A stretch of 64,000 bases of DNA from assembly GCA_041391505.1 (NCBI GenBank), contig JAWKNW010000006.1, forward strand, positions 192,354 to 256,353. Reading direction: 5' to 3'. The DNA is from Rhodothermales bacterium (GTDB lineage: Bacteria; Bacteroidota; Rhodothermia; Rhodothermales; JAHQVL01). Shown here one piece after another: positions 60,601 through 64,000 of this stretch. The stretch's first letter is position 1, and each line of letters opens with the position of its first letter. The translations under genes and the position numbers were made by a program. The notes under the pieces are model-generated. The model was not told the origin of the DNA. It saw nothing but the letters and a program-made list of their open reading frames with translations, and searched no databases.

Positions 60601-63549
60601 CTATTCGTGCGTGATGGTCGGGATGATCGGTTGCGGTGGGCCCGTCATCGCGCGGTACGCGATGTCCGCGAGATCGGCCCGGACCCTGGCGTGTTTGGTG
60701 TTTTCACGGGTAGGATAGACGCGATTCGCCAGTAGGATGACGAACAGCCTGGCATCCGGGTCGATCCAGATCGAGGTGCCCGTAAAGCCGGTATGCCCGA
60801 AACTACGTGGACCGAAGAGGGTGCCGGCGGATGAATATCCCGTGGGGCTCCGCGTGTCCCAGCCGAGGGCGCGGCTGTGGTGCTCGGGGTCGACGGCCGT
60901 GGTGAAGAGGCGGATCGTTTCGGGCTTGAGGAACGGCGCGCCGTTGACCTCGCCCTCGTTCATCATCATGAACGCGAACCGGGACAGGTCCTCGGCCGAG
61001 GAAAACAGGCCGGCATGGCCGGCGGTGCCGCCGAGGATATAGGCCGTCTCATCGTGCACTTCCCCCTGCACGAGACGCTTCCGGAAGGTGTTGTCGATCT
61101 CGGTCGGCACGATGGTCAGGTCGCGCCCGACGCCGCTGGGCCGGAAGCCGGTATGCGTCATGCCGAGCGGCAGGAGCACCGTCCGCTGCACGTACGCCCC
61201 GAACTCTTCCCCCGTGATCCGCTCGATGACGAGGGCGAGCGTGATCATGTTGAAGTCGCTGTACCGCATCTCCGACCCGATCGGGTACACGGGCGTTTCG
61301 TGCATGATGTCGTCGATCACGCCGGCGCGCGTGAGGATGCCCATCTCGTGGAACGGGCGGAACGGGATCAGCCCGCTCGTGTGCGTCAACAAATGCCGGA
61401 TCGTGATGCCCGACTTGCCGTTGTTTCCAAACTGGGGCAGGTACCGGGTGACCGGGGCGTCGAGGTCGAGCTTGCCCTGCTCGTAGAGTTTCATGGCCGC
61501 CGTCGTCGTCACGATGACCTTGGTGACGGAGGCGAGATCGAACAGCGAGGCGGGCGTGACCGGCTGATCCGAGTCGTACGTGAAGTAGCCGTAGCCCTCG
61601 AGCTTGACCAGCTCCTGATCGCGCCCGATCGCGACGGCGGCGCCGGGGAAGGCGTGGTCGGCGATGGCGGCGCGGATCAGCGAATCCACCGACGCGATCG
61701 TCGGGCCGGACATCCCCACTTCTTCGGGAAACGCCGTGCGCGGCGCGATCTGACGGGTTTCGAGGCCATACCCGTAGGGGTAGAGGCCCGGGATTGTGAT
61801 CGGGAGCTTGCCCGTGAAGGCGGACTGGCCGAACAGGGCCTGGAGCGTCGTCTTCTGGGAAGCCTCGCTATGGCTGTAGGCCGCCACATAAACCTGGGGC
61901 TGGGCGTTCAGCGCCTGGATCAGATACGGCGAGCCGAAGGCGACGAGCACGACGGGCACCCGTCGAGCGATCAGCGCATTGAGGAAACGCTGGTAGGCGG
62001 GGAAAAGCTGGATCCGGTTGCTGCCGGAGCGGACCGGAAGAAACGCCGGCACCAGCACCACGTCGGCCAGACTCGCCACGTACAGGGCTTCGTTCAGCTC
62101 GGCCTCGGAGGCGCGGCGATCGAGTGCCCGCTCGAAGATCCGGCTGCCGACGGCGAGCTGCTTGAGCTGCTTGCGAAACGGCTCGCCGGGGTCGGGTTCG
62201 TCGGTGTCGTTGAGCGAGATCGTCGCGATCGTCGCCGGCGGCCGCGCGAACGGCACGAACTGGTTTTGATTCCGGATCAGCGTGAGTGAGGCGCGGGCGA
62301 TGGTTTCGGCGAGCGTGGTGTGCTCTTGCGAGGCGACGACGCGGCGGGCCTCCACCGGATCGGCCATGCGCTCGCGGTGCAATCCGAGCCATTCCTTCGA
62401 TTGGAGGATGCGGAGTACCGACTGGTCGATCCGCTCTTCCGTGAGCCGGCCTTCCTCGACCGCCTTGATGATCGCGGCCCGGGCCGCGTATTCGTCCTGC
62501 GAGAGCACGAGGATGTCGATGCCGGCCTCGATGGCGCGGACGGCGGCCTCGCCGGTCCCGAAATGCTTCGTGATGCTGGTCATCCGCATGGCGTCCGACA
62601 CGATGAGGCCCTTGAACCCCATGTCTTCGCGCAGCAGCGAGGTGACGATGCCCGAAGCGAGGGTCGCCGGCACGCGCGGGTCGGGCTCGAGCTGCGGAAG
62701 CGCCAGGTGCCCCATCATGATGCTCATGATGCCGGCGTCGCGGACCCCGCGGAACGGAACCAGCTCCACGGAGTCGAGCCGGGCCCGGTCGAACGGGAGC
62801 ACGGGGAGGTCGGAATGCGAATCGGTGGCGGTGTCGCCGTGGCCGGGAAAATGTTTGGCCGTCGCGATAACCTTGGCGTCCTGGATGCCGAACGTGAACG
62901 CCTTCACCATGTCCGACACCAGCTCCGGCCGCTCGCCGAAGGAACGGACGTTGATGACGGGGTTCGAAGCGTTGTTGTTGATGTCGGCGACGGGCGCGTA
63001 CACCTGATCGATGCCCAGGGCGCGGGCCTCCCGGGCCGTCGCATAGCCTGCCGCGTAGGCGAGGTTGGGGTTACGCGTGGCGCCGAGCGCCATGGCGCTC
63101 GGGAAGTTGGTCGTCCGGGTCAGGCGCATGCCGGCGCCCGACTCCATATCCTGCGACATCAGGAGCGGCAGCGGCGCGTGGGATTGCAACTCGTTCGCCA
63201 GCAACAGCTGCGAAAGCGGATCCCCCTGAAAAAAGAGGATGCCGCCGACCTGAAAGCGTTCCACCAGATCGACGAGCCGCTTGTAGGCCGGGTCGTCGGC
63301 GCTCGTGTACACGCCGTAGGCGTACGAGGCGAACAGCTGCGAGACCTTCTGCTCGAGGGTGAGGCGGTTGAGCGTTGAGCGGGCCCACGCGCCCGTGCCC
63401 TCGAGGTACTCCTCGTAATGGTCCTTGTCGGACGGAGCGCCGCCGGTCCCCGTCCCGTTGAACTGCAGCGCCATCCACGCCGGCACCGCAACAACGCATG
63501 TAACGATCACGGCCGCGGTCACTCGATCCAGCAATGAGCTTTCTCTCAT
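60601..63549 (-). CDS. glycoside hydrolase family 3 (NagZ-like) fused to a serine beta-lactamase/PBP4-type hydrolase domain
   Basis: Start at the ATG at 63549 (MRESSLL..., TM/signal anchor). GH3 motifs KHFPGHGDT and GLIVSDAM. C-terminal domain with the SxxK motif LASVTKV and a YSD(F)N-like segment. Confidence 0.85.
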   Translation of the reverse strand: MRESSLLDRVTAAVIVTCVVAVPAWMALQFNGTGTGGAPSDKDHYEEYLEGTGAWARSTLNRLTLEQKVSQLFASYAYGVYTSADDPAYKRLVDLVERFQVGGILFFQGDPLSQLLLANELQSHAPLPLLMSQDMESGAGMRLTRTTNFPSAMALGATRNPNLAYAAGYATAREARALGIDQVYAPVADINNNASNPVINVRSFGERPELVSDMVKAFTFGIQDAKVIATAKHFPGHGDTATDSHSDLPVLPFDRARLDSVELVPFRGVRDAGIMSIMMGHLALPQLEPDPRVPATLASGIVTSLLREDMGFKGLIVSDAMRMTSITKHFGTGEAAVRAIEAGIDILVLSQDEYAARAAIIKAVEEGRLTEERIDQSVLRILQSKEWLGLHRERMADPVEARRVVASQEHTTLAETIARASLTLIRNQNQFVPFARPPATIATISLNDTDEPDPGEPFRKQLKQLAVGSRIFERALDRRASEAELNEALYVASLADVVLVPAFLPVRSGSNRIQLFPAYQRFLNALIARRVPVVLVAFGSPYLIQALNAQPQVYVAAYSHSEASQKTTLQALFGQSAFTGKLPITIPGLYPYGYGLETRQIAPRTAFPEEVGMSGPTIASVDSLIRAAIADHAFPGAAVAIGRDQELVKLEGYGYFTYDSDQPVTPASLFDLASVTKVIVTTTAAMKLYEQGKLDLDAPVTRYLPQFGNNGKSGITIRHLLTHTSGLIPFRPFHEMGILTRAGVIDDIMHETPVYPIGSEMRYSDFNMITLALVIERITGEEFGAYVQRTVLLPLGMTHTGFRPSGVGRDLTIVPTEIDNTFRKRLVQGEVHDETAYILGGTAGHAGLFSSAEDLSRFAFMMMNEGEVNGAPFLKPETIRLFTTAVDPEHHSRALGWDTRSPTGYSSAGTLFGPRSFGHTGFTGTSIWIDPDARLFVILLANRVYPTRENTKHARVRADLADIAYRAMTGPPQPIIPTITHE

Positions 63550-63804
63550 TCGGAATTGCGTTTCGCGATGATTGGGGGGGCCGCCAGGGCCCGACAGGTG
63601 CGACACGGGGAACGTGGTTGTACGGGATGTGGACGATGCGGCGCCCGGTCTCTGTCTGTCCTGCGCCTGCCCGCAGACTCGTCGGGGTCTCATACGATAC
63701 GAATCGCGAAGCAAAAAGAGTGCGCCATTTGGGCCGAGTGGAACTAGAGACCACGAATTCTGTGTATTGATCCCTTCAACACGCCAACCTGAGTGTGCGG
63801 ATCG

Positions 63805-64000
63805 ATGGCCACGTTTTATGATACGCTTACGGACGAGCATCAGGCGTTTATCGCCGGCCAGCCCATCTTTTTCACCGGCTCGGCGCCGGCCGAAGGCCGT
63901 ATCAACGTCTCCCCGAAAGGGATGGATACATTCCGGGTGCTGGACAGCCGGACGGTCGCCTATCTCGACCTCACCGGCAGCGGAAACGAGACGGCCTCGC
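63805..64000 (+). CDS. pyridoxamine 5'-phosphate oxidase-family protein (5' partial, runs off the window)
   Basis: The ATG at 63805 gives MATFYDTLTDEHQAFIAGQPIFFTGSAPAEGRINVSPKGMDTFRVLDSRTVAYLDLTGSGNET. This is the characteristic N-terminus of the PNPOx-like family. The frame is open to the window end. Confidence 0.6.
   Translation, partial: MATFYDTLTDEHQAFIAGQPIFFTGSAPAEGRINVSPKGMDTFRVLDSRTVAYLDLTGSGNETAS

Noticed and set aside
1-64000. Search for mobile elements, prophage, integrases, transposases, toxin-antitoxin pairs, reverse transcriptases, CRISPR-Cas and rRNA/tRNA genes across the window
   Set aside because: No ORF showed integrase, transposase, RT or Cas signatures. No long terminal inverted repeats or att-like duplications were seen, and composition is uniform. 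The window appears to be core chromosome.

Overview
High-GC (roughly 65%), gene-dense chromosomal window. Its content looks like Bacteroidota/Rhodothermota: a CarboxypepD_reg-type TonB-dependent receptor, a PorV/PorQ-like outer-membrane protein, a GWxTD protein and a fused E1 alpha/beta dehydrogenase. That placement is a guess from gene content, not a search result. I support about 45 protein-coding genes and found no rRNA, tRNA, CRISPR array, integrase or transposase. The many long GC-driven antisense ORFs in the track are rejected.

Most genes are housekeeping: prlC, cutC, rsmB, rlmI, mtnA, gatB, tpiA, bcp, an ABC exporter and glycosyltransferases.

Regions worth a second look:
1. 12899-20489: a tightly packed four-gene operon encoding a degenerate AddB-like ATPase, a nuclease-less UvrD helicase, a stand-alone Cas4/AddB-type Fe-S PD-(D/E)XK nuclease and RecJ. 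It looks like a disassembled AddAB-type end-resection machine. An orphan UmuD-like S24 peptidase follows it, behind an AT-rich palindromic promoter.
2. 31685-35648: an Apaf-1-like NB-ARC STAND NTPase with 14 WD40 blades and no cis effector, sitting downstream of a NUDIX hydrolase.
3. 48531-53128: a divergent redox cluster. One side is an octa/nona-heme lipoprotein cytochrome. The other side is a porin-like OMP, a 4-TM protein, an FMN_bind protein with a flavinylation motif, and a monoheme lipoprotein.
4. 23530-26912: the circularly permuted ATP-grasp / alpha-E / transglutaminase triad, here with a hepta-glutamine tail on the transglutaminase-like protein.
5. 31543-31700 and 8042-8160: two unusual tandem-plus-inverted short-repeat blocks between convergent genes. 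The first supplies an identical 'ISE-stop' ending to both flanking genes.
6. 21502-21504: a single in-frame TAG that splits a TPR + GWxTD protein.
7. 53245-55239: a YegP-repeat / TM / OmpA_C protein.

All functional calls come from motif recognition by eye. No database search was run.
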